From a virus, in IMG/VR virus record IMGVR_UViG_3300046003_007336, positions 32,001 to 96,000 of that record: a stretch of 64,000 nucleotides of DNA; one strand, 5' to 3'. Shown piece after piece: positions 42,255 to 51,780 of the stretch; the first letter of the stretch is position 1; every line of letters starts with the position of its first letter. The notes beneath the pieces are model-generated. The model ran no database searches and was not told where the DNA came from. It saw nothing but the letters and a program-made list of their open reading frames with translations. The translations under genes were made by a program, and so were the position numbers.

Positions 42255-42955
42255 CGAGGTTAACTCGCAACGATAGAGCAACGGCCCGGAGGGACCGGGA
42301 CAGGCAGCGGTGTCTGTTCTAGGCTGACGGCGGCACTCTAGAGGGGCTTGCAGACGGGGATAGGGCCCACCAGCCCGATTCCCCGTCGCCTCAATGTGGT
42401 CAGATGGGTCTCCGTCTGGCATCACCATCCTAACCTTCATGGACGTTGGTGCGTTCGCCGGAGGGACAAGTATGTGAACGCGGCCCTCAAAAGCCGAAAT
42501 GTTGCTGGGTCAGGCGCAGTGCGCGCTGAGACCAAATACTGGAGTTGGGCGGTGGTCCTTCTGACCACATTAGGTCTTTGACATTCGTCGCCTGTCTTTG
42601 ATAGGGCGTAGGTCGATGGTCGGGCCCGTGGTCGCCCGCACTCAAGCGAGTGGTGGGGTTCGATTCCCCGAGGCCCGGTGTAGTTCTCGAATGGATAAGC
42701 GGTTCGTCCCTCATCCGAGATCGTTTGCGCCTACAGGCGACGTCTACTAAAACTAAGGGGCTAGTCCTGGCCCGCTGAGAAGTGTCGCCCGACCAGCCAA
42801 GAGTGCTCCGGGATAGTCGCTCAGCATAAGCCTACAGGACACACCGTGGGGCGCGACACCCCGCGATGAACACGCGTTGCTATTGCGCGTCCGGGAAACA
42901 ACTGTTGGTCCGGTTAACTGGCAAACACTTAGATTAGTCGGGATTTTTTTCCGAC
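42255..42955 (+). ncRNA. Candidate ~700-nt large structured ncRNA with an embedded tRNA-like T-arm module
   Basis: TTGACA promoter at ~42221; long-range pairs AATGTGGTCAGA/TCTGACCACATT and GTCGCCTGT/ACAGGCGAC; GGGG-TTCGATT-CCCC arm. Confidence 0.6.
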
Positions 42956-42959
42956 TTAT

Positions 42960-43391
42960 ACCCTCCCTCTATACCTGTCGGCCCCGATGTGCTGTTTAGA
43001 GCAAAGCATATCCCCGACTGACTGCACCAGATGCGGCTGAAATGCCAAATCGTCTACCCAGTATACAGGCGTATGCTGGGGGTCTTGAGCGCAAGGTCTG
43101 AACGCTTCGGCGTTCCGGTGGGGGAAGGGGGCTCTGTTGGTGGCGCAGATGCGCCTAGGCTGTGGGTCCACGTCAACTGAACGGCCCCATTAGATTTCGG
43201 TGCCAGGGGTGGAAGGCCTTCCTGAACCTGTGGCTGGAGTCTCGAAATGCAGTCGAGGCGGGTAGAAAGCGAAACCGGACTGGGACTGACCCTAGCACCG
43301 GGCCGCGTTGACAAGCACCGCCCCGCAAGCGCGGGTAAGTCGTGTGCGCTTCCTACAGACGAAGGGGCGGGGGAAACCCTGCCCCTTTTTT
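42960..43391 (+). ncRNA. Candidate ~400-nt structured ncRNA ending in a terminator
   Basis: No credible ORF; hairpins such as GAACGC-TTCG-GCGTTC; terminator AAGGGGCGGGG-GAAA-CCCTGCCCCTT followed by a T-run. Confidence 0.45.
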
Positions 43392-43441
43392 TCTTGACAA
43401 GATTTCCGTCCGTGGTAGCAGTACGGAAACAGGAGAGTCTT

Positions 43442-44107
43442 ATGAACCGTCGTACTTTCTTCGCCAGCATTCTCGGCGCCTCAGTTGCGGGCACGCTCGG
43501 CAGTCTCGCAGTTCCCGCATGGGCGCGCGCCGACGAGAGCCTGAACATCTATGTTCGCCTGATCGACCTCCAGAAGGCGATGCTGGCCAACCACGAAACC
43601 TGGAAGAGCGGCCCGGCGTTCGCCCACGTGCCCGAACTCGACGACCCCTTGGATACGCGCCCCGATGTCGAAAAGCGTCGCCGCCACCTCGTCGAACAGC
43701 GAATCGCTGACCGCCACGCGGCCCGCAAGAACTACGATCTGACCCCGGCTGACGCCGTCCTCGCGCACCTGAACGCCCATTTCGCCCCCGACGCCAGCGA
43801 CGTCAGCGAGGCCCTCGTGCGCCAAGCCCGCGCCGAGGCCAACGCGGTTGGCGGCGTGAAAATGTCCAGAACGGATTTCCGTCGCGAGGTCGCCATTGAG
43901 CAGGCTCGGCGAGAAGTCCGGGCCGTGTTCAACCGAGAAATCGAGATCGACACCATGTCGGAGGCCAGCATGCGCCGCGTGCTGAAATCGACGGTCGCCG
44001 TCGCGGTCGTCAAGGGCATGCTGTCGGTGCACAAGATGCCCCTCGACCCCAAGAAGATGGGCGCCTTCAACGAGTTCGCGACGAAGTTCAGGCACATCAT
44101 CCTTTAA
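43442..44107 (+). CDS. Exported protein with twin-arginine (Tat) signal peptide
   Basis: MNRRTFFASILGASVAGTLGSLAVPAWARA; GGAG SD, TTGACA promoter. Confidence 0.7.
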   Translation: MNRRTFFASILGASVAGTLGSLAVPAWARADESLNIYVRLIDLQKAMLANHETWKSGPAFAHVPELDDPLDTRPDVEKRRRHLVEQRIADRHAARKNYDLTPADAVLAHLNAHFAPDASDVSEALVRQARAEANAVGGVKMSRTDFRREVAIEQARREVRAVFNREIEIDTMSEASMRRVLKSTVAVAVVKGMLSVHKMPLDPKKMGAFNEFATKFRHIIL

Positions 44108-44142
44108 CTTGACAGTTTCCGGCCAAGGTGATTAAATAACTG

Positions 44143-44545
44143 CGTGTTGGTGACCAAATCAACCGCTTAGGCAGGACCGGGGTGCGAATCCCCGCGCCTC
44201 CACCAAAAACACATAGCCCGCTGAGATACGCGGGGAGCCGACTGTCATGTAAGCCGGGTTGGGGTTTCTAGAGCCCTGGCTATCAACGGTAGATCGGGGA
44301 CAGTCACAAGGCGGCTAGAGTTCCTTAGCGGGGGCAACAGTCTAGGCTCGCTACGACCGATATGGTCTGTGTGTTTTTGATGGGGGCGAATAGCTATCGA
44401 CTGATAGGCGTAGAGGCGAGAGACACCGGTAAGAAACGACCGAAAATCAGTTCAAATTTCTACCTGCCAACGACAACGTTGACATGGGTTCCTACGCCCT
44501 CGCGGCGTAAGGAACTCGGGGCCCACTGGGGGCCTAGCAACAGAA
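44143..44545 (+). ncRNA. ssrA: Two-piece (circularly permuted) tmRNA
   Basis: Acceptor piece ...GACCGGGGTGCGAATCCCCGCGCCTCCACCA ends at 44205; coding piece starts GGGGGCGAA at 44382 (G3:U70); tag ANDNVDMGSYALAA-stop at 44466-44510. Confidence 0.93.
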
Positions 44546-44635
44546 GGGGAGACTTCGGTCTCCCCACCTTTGTTTCGGTTGACCGTTTCGAAATCTCCGA
44601 CTAAACCGGTCTACGAAATAATCCGAGAAAAGCCC

Positions 44636-45073
44636 ATGACCATCGAAGCCCGTATCGCCCTCGTAGAAGACGTCCGTCCGCACGGTGATCACATGTCCAT
44701 CGTGACCATCTCCGGTCATGAGGTCGTGGCCAATCGTGACGAGAACGGCGAGTTCCGTTTCCGGGTCGGCGAAGCCGCCATCTACGTGCCCGAGAATGCC
44801 ATCATCCCCGAGGAGTTCCTCAAAGACCGTGGCTACTGGGACGAGACCAAAGGCAAGGGTCTGCTCGGCGGCTCCAAGGGGAACCGGGTCAAGATGCAAC
44901 GCTTCATGGGCTTCGAGAGCCGTGGGTTGGTCTGGAAGGTCCGCGAGTCCACCGAGCCGGGCACCTACATCGTGGACCGTCACTGCGGCAACCCTGGTTT
45001 CGAGTCCGGTGAAGCCAGCGTCGGCGACGACTGTGCTGCATTCTTCAATCTGTCCGAATACGTCGCGGCCTGA
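44636..45073 (+). CDS. Stand-alone OB-fold/tRNA-binding-like domain (similar to the N-terminus of DRB0094-type RNA ligases)
   Basis: ARIALVEDVRPH.DHMSIVTISGHEVV...FRVGEAAIYVPENAIIP. Confidence 0.6.
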   Translation: MTIEARIALVEDVRPHGDHMSIVTISGHEVVANRDENGEFRFRVGEAAIYVPENAIIPEEFLKDRGYWDETKGKGLLGGSKGNRVKMQRFMGFESRGLVWKVRESTEPGTYIVDRHCGNPGFESGEASVGDDCAAFFNLSEYVAA

Positions 45074-45141
45074 TTTTGATCTGAAGTCGAAGGCGCGAAA
45101 CGTAAATAGCGTATCGCCGACGTCGGGAGTAGAATGTCATC

Positions 45142-45363
45142 ATGAGTTTTCTGAGCAAACTTAAAGAGGCCAAAGAAAAGCTGGGAGGCGTCGTCCTCGA
45201 TAGCAGCAAAGAGGAAGAGCGAGCCCGCATAGACGCCAGAATGGCGGTCTGTAATGCTTGCCCGGAACTCCGCAAACCGCTCGACCAGTGTGCCAAATGC
45301 GGCTGCTTCATGAGAGTCAAAACGAAGCTCCGAGATACATCTTGCCCCCTTGGCAAATGGTGA
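45142..45363 (+). CDS. Small Cys-rich protein
   Basis: RMAVCNACPEL...QCAKCGCFMRVKT...CPLGKW; TAAATA upstream. Confidence 0.75.
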   Translation: MSFLSKLKEAKEKLGGVVLDSSKEEERARIDARMAVCNACPELRKPLDQCAKCGCFMRVKTKLRDTSCPLGKW

Positions 45364-46205
45364 AATTCATTTCGGACTGGGCTCCTTACGGTGCTGACGT
45401 TCGTCCCGGCACGTTCTGCATAGATTGGCGAAATGCGGCGCCGCATCCTAAGCTCTCTAGACCCATAGATATTGCGATCTCTGTGTATCGGAAACTGCCG
45501 GGTCCAGTCGTCGTGATGGTCAGCGGTGGAGTTGATAGTCAGGCATCGGCCTACGCGGCAAAGCTGTCGGGTATTGACTGTCGGTTCGTATGCTTTCGAT
45601 ACAATGGCGGCCTCAACGACTATGACCTCGCCTCCGAGTTTTATGATCGGCACGGCATCGTTGTGGAAGAAATCGACATAGACATTCTTGCCTTCCACGA
45701 GACCGATCTTCTCTCCTGGGGAGAGAAGTATAATACGGCGTCTCCTCATCTTCTATGTCATATGAAGATCGCATCCATGATCGAGGACGCGACGGTGGTG
45801 TTCTCTGGAAATCCTGAGTTCCCGAACTCGACCGGAGGGCTAACTCACGAGACCATCTCTCTAGAACGATATGCCTCGATATCCGGGCAACCAGTTGTCG
45901 GGTATTTTTTCAACTGCGACCCTCATCTCTTTTACTCATTTCGAACATGCCCGTCTTACGACGAGGTCGGTGGATACGATCAGAAAGTTCGGGTGTACCA
46001 GGAAGGAGGATTTCCGGTTGAGCCACAAGAGAAAAAGCTGCATGGCTTTGAGGCCATAAAAGAACTCTACGACGACCATGCTGTGCCCTTCGTGTCGCGT
46101 CTCAAGTTTGCCCGTCGAGCATCAAAGAGACCATATGATCTACTCTTCAGATACCCCCTGTCTGAACATAAAATCTACCACACGAACAGGAAGATAATTT
46201 ACTGA
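45357..46205 (+). CDS. PP-loop (adenine nucleotide alpha-hydrolase)-like protein
   Basis: VVVMVSGGVDSQ motif. Confidence 0.55.
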   Translation: MVKFISDWAPYGADVRPGTFCIDWRNAAPHPKLSRPIDIAISVYRKLPGPVVVMVSGGVDSQASAYAAKLSGIDCRFVCFRYNGGLNDYDLASEFYDRHGIVVEEIDIDILAFHETDLLSWGEKYNTASPHLLCHMKIASMIEDATVVFSGNPEFPNSTGGLTHETISLERYASISGQPVVGYFFNCDPHLFYSFRTCPSYDEVGGYDQKVRVYQEGGFPVEPQEKKLHGFEAIKELYDDHAVPFVSRLKFARRASKRPYDLLFRYPLSEHKIYHTNRKIIY

Positions 46206-46236
46206 ATAAATAGACGATATAATCGGAGATTACTCT

Positions 46237-47814
46237 ATGCGCTACATCATTGACTTCATCAACTCCATCTCGGACGAGGACATTGCCGCCTACATGGTGC
46301 GCAACGACTGCACCGTCGTGATCAACTATGACAATTTTTCCAAAACCTATTTGGTGGAAGCTGCCACGGCTCCCGAGGTCGATGCATTTGTCGAGACTGT
46401 GTTGGAGGATTCCTCGGCGCCGCTGAAACTTCTCAGTATCCCGTCCAAAACATTCCCAGTCGATGAAGACGACAACTGGTGGAAACTCGTGGCCATCGAC
46501 GGTATCGACACCACCCAACCCACGGCAACAATTGCTCGTTCGGGTGGTGGGGTACGTGTTTACGTCATGGACAGTGGCATTGCCGCAGACCATCCTGAGT
46601 TTGTCGGCAAAAACATCACCCTGCTGCATTCGATAACTCCGGGTGATTTCTCGGACACCACCGGCCACGGAACCTCTCTGGCGTCCGTTATCGTTGGCGA
46701 AACCTGCGGAATTACCGAGTCGGCGTTGCGGGTCGTGAAAATTTTCCACTCTGGTCAGGACACGTTCTTGTCCGACATCATCTCGGCCTTCGATGCGGTC
46801 GCTACCGATTATCTTCTGGCTGACGACTTCCTCGCTGTCCTGAACCTGTCATGGTCCATTGAGAAAAACGCCTACATTGAACAGAAAATTCTCGACCTGA
46901 TTACCATGGGGGTCGTAGTTGTCGCTTCTGCCGGTAACGAAGGCCGCCCGCTGTCCGAAGTTACCCCAGCCAGCCTCGCTGAGGTCATCACGGTCGGCTC
47001 GTTCGGCAAAGACCTCATGCCAAGCGATTTCTCCAACTATACTTCTAGCGATTCCGACACGTCGTTCACCTCGGGGCAAAATAACTACGGCGCGCTGGAT
47101 TGCTTCGCTCCTGGTGAATTCATCCGAGTAGCACTTCCTGCTGGCGGCTACGGCGTTTCGATGGGAACATCGCTTTCGGCTGCGATTATTTCCGCCATCA
47201 TGGCTCTCCGCATCACGTCCAGTGGAACCAACTGGACCCGGACTGGTATCAACGAAATCTCCATTCAGGCATTCCTTCAGACTATCGCCACGAAGGACCT
47301 TCTGACTCTCTCTGGAAATTACGCCAACTCCATAAATCTTGTCCCCTATGTTGAACTGGCGGACATGACCACTATTCGCGTTCGCGCCATGCGCACGTTC
47401 CCGGTTCGGCCTGGAATTGTTATAGAACTCTGGTTGTTCAATCCCGAGTTCTTCACGAATGCGGCACTCATAGACGCGCCGTCATGGGTTCAACTGAAAG
47501 GAAACTATTTGGAGATTTCGGCTCCAGATATTGAAACCACCGTTTTTGAGTTTCAGCTTACCGGAGAGCAAGATGGAGAGACGCAATCCCTCCCCGTGTT
47601 TGTCATTACGAGAAGCTCTTCTGAAACCGACGAAGAGTCGTATGAGAAGGTGAAAATCTTGTTTGCAAGTAATGGCGCATCCGCCAAGTGTATTGCAGAT
47701 TGCTCTCCCCAAACATGGTGCTGCCAGTGTTGCACTGGTGACGTCAAGACGGAGACCGATGACGCGTGCGGGATTTGCAACAACACTGAATGCGCATTGC
47801 TGGCTTGCTCGTAA
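46237..47814 (+). CDS. Subtilisin-like (S8) serine peptidase with propeptide and Cys-rich C-terminus
   Basis: Catalytic triad VYVMDSGI, GHGTSLAS, GTSLSAA; oxyanion SAGN; TAAATA upstream. Confidence 0.9.
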   Translation: MRYIIDFINSISDEDIAAYMVRNDCTVVINYDNFSKTYLVEAATAPEVDAFVETVLEDSSAPLKLLSIPSKTFPVDEDDNWWKLVAIDGIDTTQPTATIARSGGGVRVYVMDSGIAADHPEFVGKNITLLHSITPGDFSDTTGHGTSLASVIVGETCGITESALRVVKIFHSGQDTFLSDIISAFDAVATDYLLADDFLAVLNLSWSIEKNAYIEQKILDLITMGVVVVASAGNEGRPLSEVTPASLAEVITVGSFGKDLMPSDFSNYTSSDSDTSFTSGQNNYGALDCFAPGEFIRVALPAGGYGVSMGTSLSAAIISAIMALRITSSGTNWTRTGINEISIQAFLQTIATKDLLTLSGNYANSINLVPYVELADMTTIRVRAMRTFPVRPGIVIELWLFNPEFFTNAALIDAPSWVQLKGNYLEISAPDIETTVFEFQLTGEQDGETQSLPVFVITRSSSETDEESYEKVKILFASNGASAKCIADCSPQTWCCQCCTGDVKTETDDACGICNNTECALLACS

Positions 47815-47826
47815 GGACGCAGACGT

Positions 47827-48421
47827 ATGCGGATAGGCACCAAGGTTGAGCCCGAAGAGCTATCTTCCAAAATTCGTCCGATCATCATCCGTCGAAATAC
47901 ATGTGCCGACGAATGGGATGTTCGCCACAGATTCGTGGTAGAACATCTCTGTCGTGGGGACTGGGCGGGCACACTGGAGTTCTGCTACTTCAAGCATGAA
48001 GAAAACTTCGCCGTTGATTTTCTCAGCGGGGCCTACGATGCCTACCTGTACTATTTCTCCGACGAGGCCGACCGTGTCGAGTTCCAACTCCGTTTTTGCT
48101 GACTGTCCTCCTGGGCTGGGCCGACCTGGGCTAGAACGGTACATCCTCCGTGGTGAATTCACCACCATCTATATCCGAATCAGAGACGTATGGCTGCCGC
48201 ACGGATGGGTACGAAATAAACTCTGTCGAGCCGACTGGATGATGCGGATGTGGGGTGACCGTCATCGCGACGAGAAACAATGCACCTGTCCAGTGGGAAC
48301 CACGGCCTTTATGTTCGAAAGCCCTTCGGATGCCATGGAGTTCTTCATCCGCTTCGGCGCATATACGGTTTCTCCAAATTCGACGAAAAAACATATTGAC
48401 CAAACGTCGGAAGATAAATAA
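47827..48421 (+). CDS. Two small hypothetical ORFs (47827-48102; ~48095-48421)
   Basis: Contain YYFSDEADRVEFQLRF and FMFESPSDAMEFFIRF motifs. Confidence 0.5.
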
Positions 48422-48462
48422 GATCAGGAAATCGGTCGCACTGACGCGGCCCAAGGATTCGA

Positions 48463-48513
48463 ATGATGCGTTCGCTGCTGTTGCTTAGTTTGGGTGTTCG
48501 ACTGTCGGCCTAA
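48463..48513 (+). CDS. Putative Leu-rich leader peptide MMRSLLLLSLGVRLSA
   Basis: AAGGA SD; 6 Leu in 16 codons including four in tandem (CTG CTG TTG CTT); upstream of six tRNA-Leu genes. Confidence 0.7.
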   Translation: MMRSLLLLSLGVRLSA

Positions 48514-48618
48514 GGGCTTCCGGTTTCGAGCACCCGTGAAACTAGGCACGGACTGCGATCTTCCATTCGGGACAAGCTCCCAAATCTGAAATCCAGTGAC
48601 TGTGCACCAGCAGTGTAT

Positions 48619-48703
48619 GTCGGTGTGGCGGAATTGGCAGACGCACCAGATTTAGGTTCTGGCGCCGCAAGGCGTGAAGGTTCGACCCCTTTCACCGATA
48701 CCA
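48619..48703 (+). tRNA. tRNA-Leu(TAG)
   Basis: Type II cloverleaf, A73, CCA. Confidence 0.95.
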
Positions 48704-48724
48704 CTGCTCCTACTCATCGTTATT

Positions 48725-48812
48725 GGCCGTCTGCATGGAATTGGTAGACAGCACCGGCTCAGAACCGGTGGTCCGAAAGGGCGTCAGAGTTCGAGTCTCT
48801 GGGCGGCCACCA
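48725..48812 (+). tRNA. tRNA-Leu(CAG)
   Basis: Type II cloverleaf, CCA. Confidence 0.92.
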
Positions 48813-48826
48813 ACGGCGATATCTCA

Positions 48827-48912
48827 GCCTCCTTGGTGAAATGTAGACACGCAGTCCTCAGAAGGCTGTGCTCGTAAAGGGCGTGCCAGTTCGTTCCTGG
48901 CAGGAGGCACCA
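48827..48912 (+). tRNA. tRNA-Leu(CAG), second divergent copy
   Basis: Type II cloverleaf, CCA. Confidence 0.9.
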
Positions 48913-48924
48913 AGATTCCTTCAT

Positions 48925-49010
48925 CCCCTCGTGGTGAAATGTAGACACGCAGTCTTGAGAGGGCTGTGCCTGTAATGGGTGTGCGGACTCGTTATCCGCC
49001 GAGGGGACCA
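48925..49010 (+). tRNA. tRNA-Leu(GAG)
   Basis: Type II cloverleaf, unusual T-loop CTCGTTA, CCA. Confidence 0.85.
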
Positions 49011-49012
49011 AT

Positions 49013-49090
49013 GCCGGGGTGATGGGAAATGGTATACCTCCAGTCCTCAAAATTCTGGGTTTGCGGGTTCGAGTCCCGCCTCCGGCACCA
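49013..49090 (+). tRNA. tRNA-Leu(CAA), short variable arm
   Basis: Cloverleaf with weak anticodon stem, CT-CAA-AA loop, CCA. Confidence 0.8.
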
Positions 49091-49092
49091 AT

Positions 49093-49169
49093 CCCCGCGT
49101 AGCGCAAATGGTAGAGGCATCCGGTTTAAGCCCGGTTCAGTGTGGGTTCGAATCCCTCCGTGGGGACCA
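49093..49169 (+). tRNA. tRNA-Leu(TAA), short variable arm
   Basis: Cloverleaf, TT-TAA-GC loop, CCA. Confidence 0.85.
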
Positions 49170-49212
49170 TTTCATGGTTGACCCAAAAAAACCTCCCCGC
49201 TAGGGTCGAAGG

Positions 49213-51734
49213 ATGAACGCTGAACGCACCATCTACATGGCCTGTGACGCTACTGACGAGGTAAGCGATTGCCGCTATTGCCAGTGGCGCGGTCGTGTCG
49301 CAGAGTATCTCGAAGAAAGAAAGAGCCCCGACAGGAATCCAAATTTCAGAATGGGCCGCGACCTCGCGATCATCGAGTTCAAAACATCTGCCGCGATGGG
49401 GGAGTTCATCCTCCAGTTTGGCGAGGCCTGTCTTACCCGCGAGACCTGTTCTGGGCTCCTGGACCACTTGCGAGTCCGAAGAAAGGCCTTCAACGACGCC
49501 GAAGAGGCGGAGCAGGAGAAGGAACTACTCGAACAGGAACAACGAATCCGAGACGAGGAAAACCAACGCGCGGCCTGACCCCTTTACATCCGATCACGTT
49601 TTTGTTAGAAACCGGGTGAGGGGTTCCTCAAGCCGGAGCAAAAGCTTTTGTTGAATTGGATTGGTCGGCTGGTCGGCCGCGAGAAACGCGATGCCGTCCC
49701 GATCACTGCGTCTTTCCCGGAACTGAGATCGTTCCTGCCTTCGACTGATGAAAGCGGACGCGTAGAAGCCCCCGCTGTTCCAGCGGAGATCATCGTCCTC
49801 GCCGACCGTTCGGTCGCGCCAGTGAAGCCAGCAGCGGAGAAAGCCGCGTTGCGGGTGAGACCTCTCAAGAAACCCGACTACGCTGCCGCCCTTGAGCTTC
49901 TGGGGGGCATGGAGCATTCCCAGCGGTGTCTTCTGCTCAACATCAGGTCCCTCGGCCAAACCATCTACCATATTCGCCCCGATGGTTGGCTTGAGACGTC
50001 GCCGATCAACATCACGCGGGTGATAATCAAGGACTGGAAAGAGCCCCTGGAGGCCCTACAGAGCCTTGGAGCCATCGAGGCGACCGTGGGCCCGGAAATG
50101 GTCTGTGTGCGCTCCACGGAGCACTCAGAGGCCATCAAGGCGGCATGGGTCGCCCTACCTCCGCAGATCGAGCCCAAGCCGTATGTGAAACCCGGCCGGA
50201 CGGGGCGGCGCGGCCCACCCTGAGGCTAAATACGACCAGTCCCATTTGGAGTTCTGGTTCGTGTTCAATAAATCTTCGCCGATGTTCCGAGGTGCCTTCA
50301 CGACCGTCCTGGTCGCGTTGATCATCTTCTCGGCAGCCTACTTCGCCTCGGTGGAGTTCGCCCAGACCAAGCTGTCTCTGTTCAAATGGTATGAACGCCC
50401 CTATGTGACCAACGCCGAGGGTGTGCAGACGACGCAGTTCCGCGCCGGAGACGCGTTCGTGGTCAACTATTTCGTCGAGCGCGAACCGCTGAAGTGCTGG
50501 GCTGTCTTCACCAACGTTCTCACCGGCCCGGTCTCCTACCAGCTTCCTGCGACTCGCAGCCAAGTCATCACCAAGACGCGCATCCGTGTGCCGCTGAAGA
50601 TGTATGAGGAACTTCCGGCCCAGCTTCCTGCTGGACAATATCGTCTTTCACAAATCGTTTATCCGACGTGCGGGAACGTCCACATGCTACCGTTCAAGCT
50701 CGAAACAGGCATCGTCCTCGACGTGCTGAAGAAGGATGCTCCGAAACCCGTCGTGGTCACCATCCAGCGCGAGCGCGATCTCTACGAGCCCGACTTCGTG
50801 GTCGCGCCTGATCAGTCTGGCGACATCACGGTCCCGCCGTCGCTCTGATCTCGGGTCCAGTGCTGAAGTGCAAGGTCTTCCAGGAAGACCAGCGCAGCGT
50901 CACGAGACGTAAAAGATTTCACGATTTTGACGGGGTGACGAAGGCACATGTGGACGGTCTCGCCCCATAGGCGGATTACGCCAAAGCCCTCATAGCGACC
51001 GTTCCCCAAGGAACGAGTCCATCGACGCATCGTGCGTCGGTTCGGATTATAGGTGTGTTGGTCCTCGCAACCGAGCAACTCAGCACACCGCAGGTAGAAC
51101 CCTTCTACCCCAGCTTCATTCATTTTCATCGCGAGTATTTATGGCACCCTACTCGCGGATTGTCAAGTTAAGACCTGGATGGGCGTTTTCTTCTCCGCAA
51201 CGAAGAAAGCCGCTCGGACTTCTCCGAACGGCCTTTGCGGGTGTAGAGCTTCTTGCTCGGGATGACCTGTTGTTTCAGGTGTGGTGATCGCAACGCTTGT
51301 GCAATCGGGTCTCGTTTCTTCTTCACTGTTCTGTTCCTTTACGGGGTGGAATGAATATTTACTTACCCTGATCAGTATGTCAGGATTCCGGTATGGATAT
51401 CCTTGAAAAAGCCGAACATCATGGATATCAAGCAGTCAGTGATATCGTTCCGCGTGGCTATTCAGAGGCAGATACGTTCATCAACGACATGATAGTCCTG
51501 CATCAGGCCGGATACGTTTACCGCATTTCGTATGCGTTCGACAATATGGACGATTGGGAATCGGCTAATCGACCGTACATCGAGGCCATTCAGCAACTTA
51601 TCGAAGAACAAGTCGTTCTCAAACCATGGACGGTTTGCCACTATCCTACCGGAATTTACGGAAGGACGACCGTGACGGTTCTGCTCTTCACCTCATACAA
51701 GGATTTCGTTTACTTCAAAATGATGATCGTCTGA
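49213..51734. CDS. Hypothetical ORFs 49213-49578(+), 49648-50223(+), ~50246-50848(+, N-terminal TM, late promoter), 50812-51129(-), 51393-51734(+)
   Basis: ORF track plus promoter and SD context. Confidence 0.55.
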
Positions 51735-51780
51735 CTTTCTTTTTTGAGTAATGGACCCGGACTCGCTATGTTGGGTTCAT

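Noticed and set aside
39373-43391. RNase P RNA or SRP RNA as identity of the large non-coding blocks
   Set aside because: The conserved GAGGAAAGTCC / AACCCGGCTTA (RNase P) and GGAAGG..AGCAG (SRP) motifs were not found on either strand by eye.
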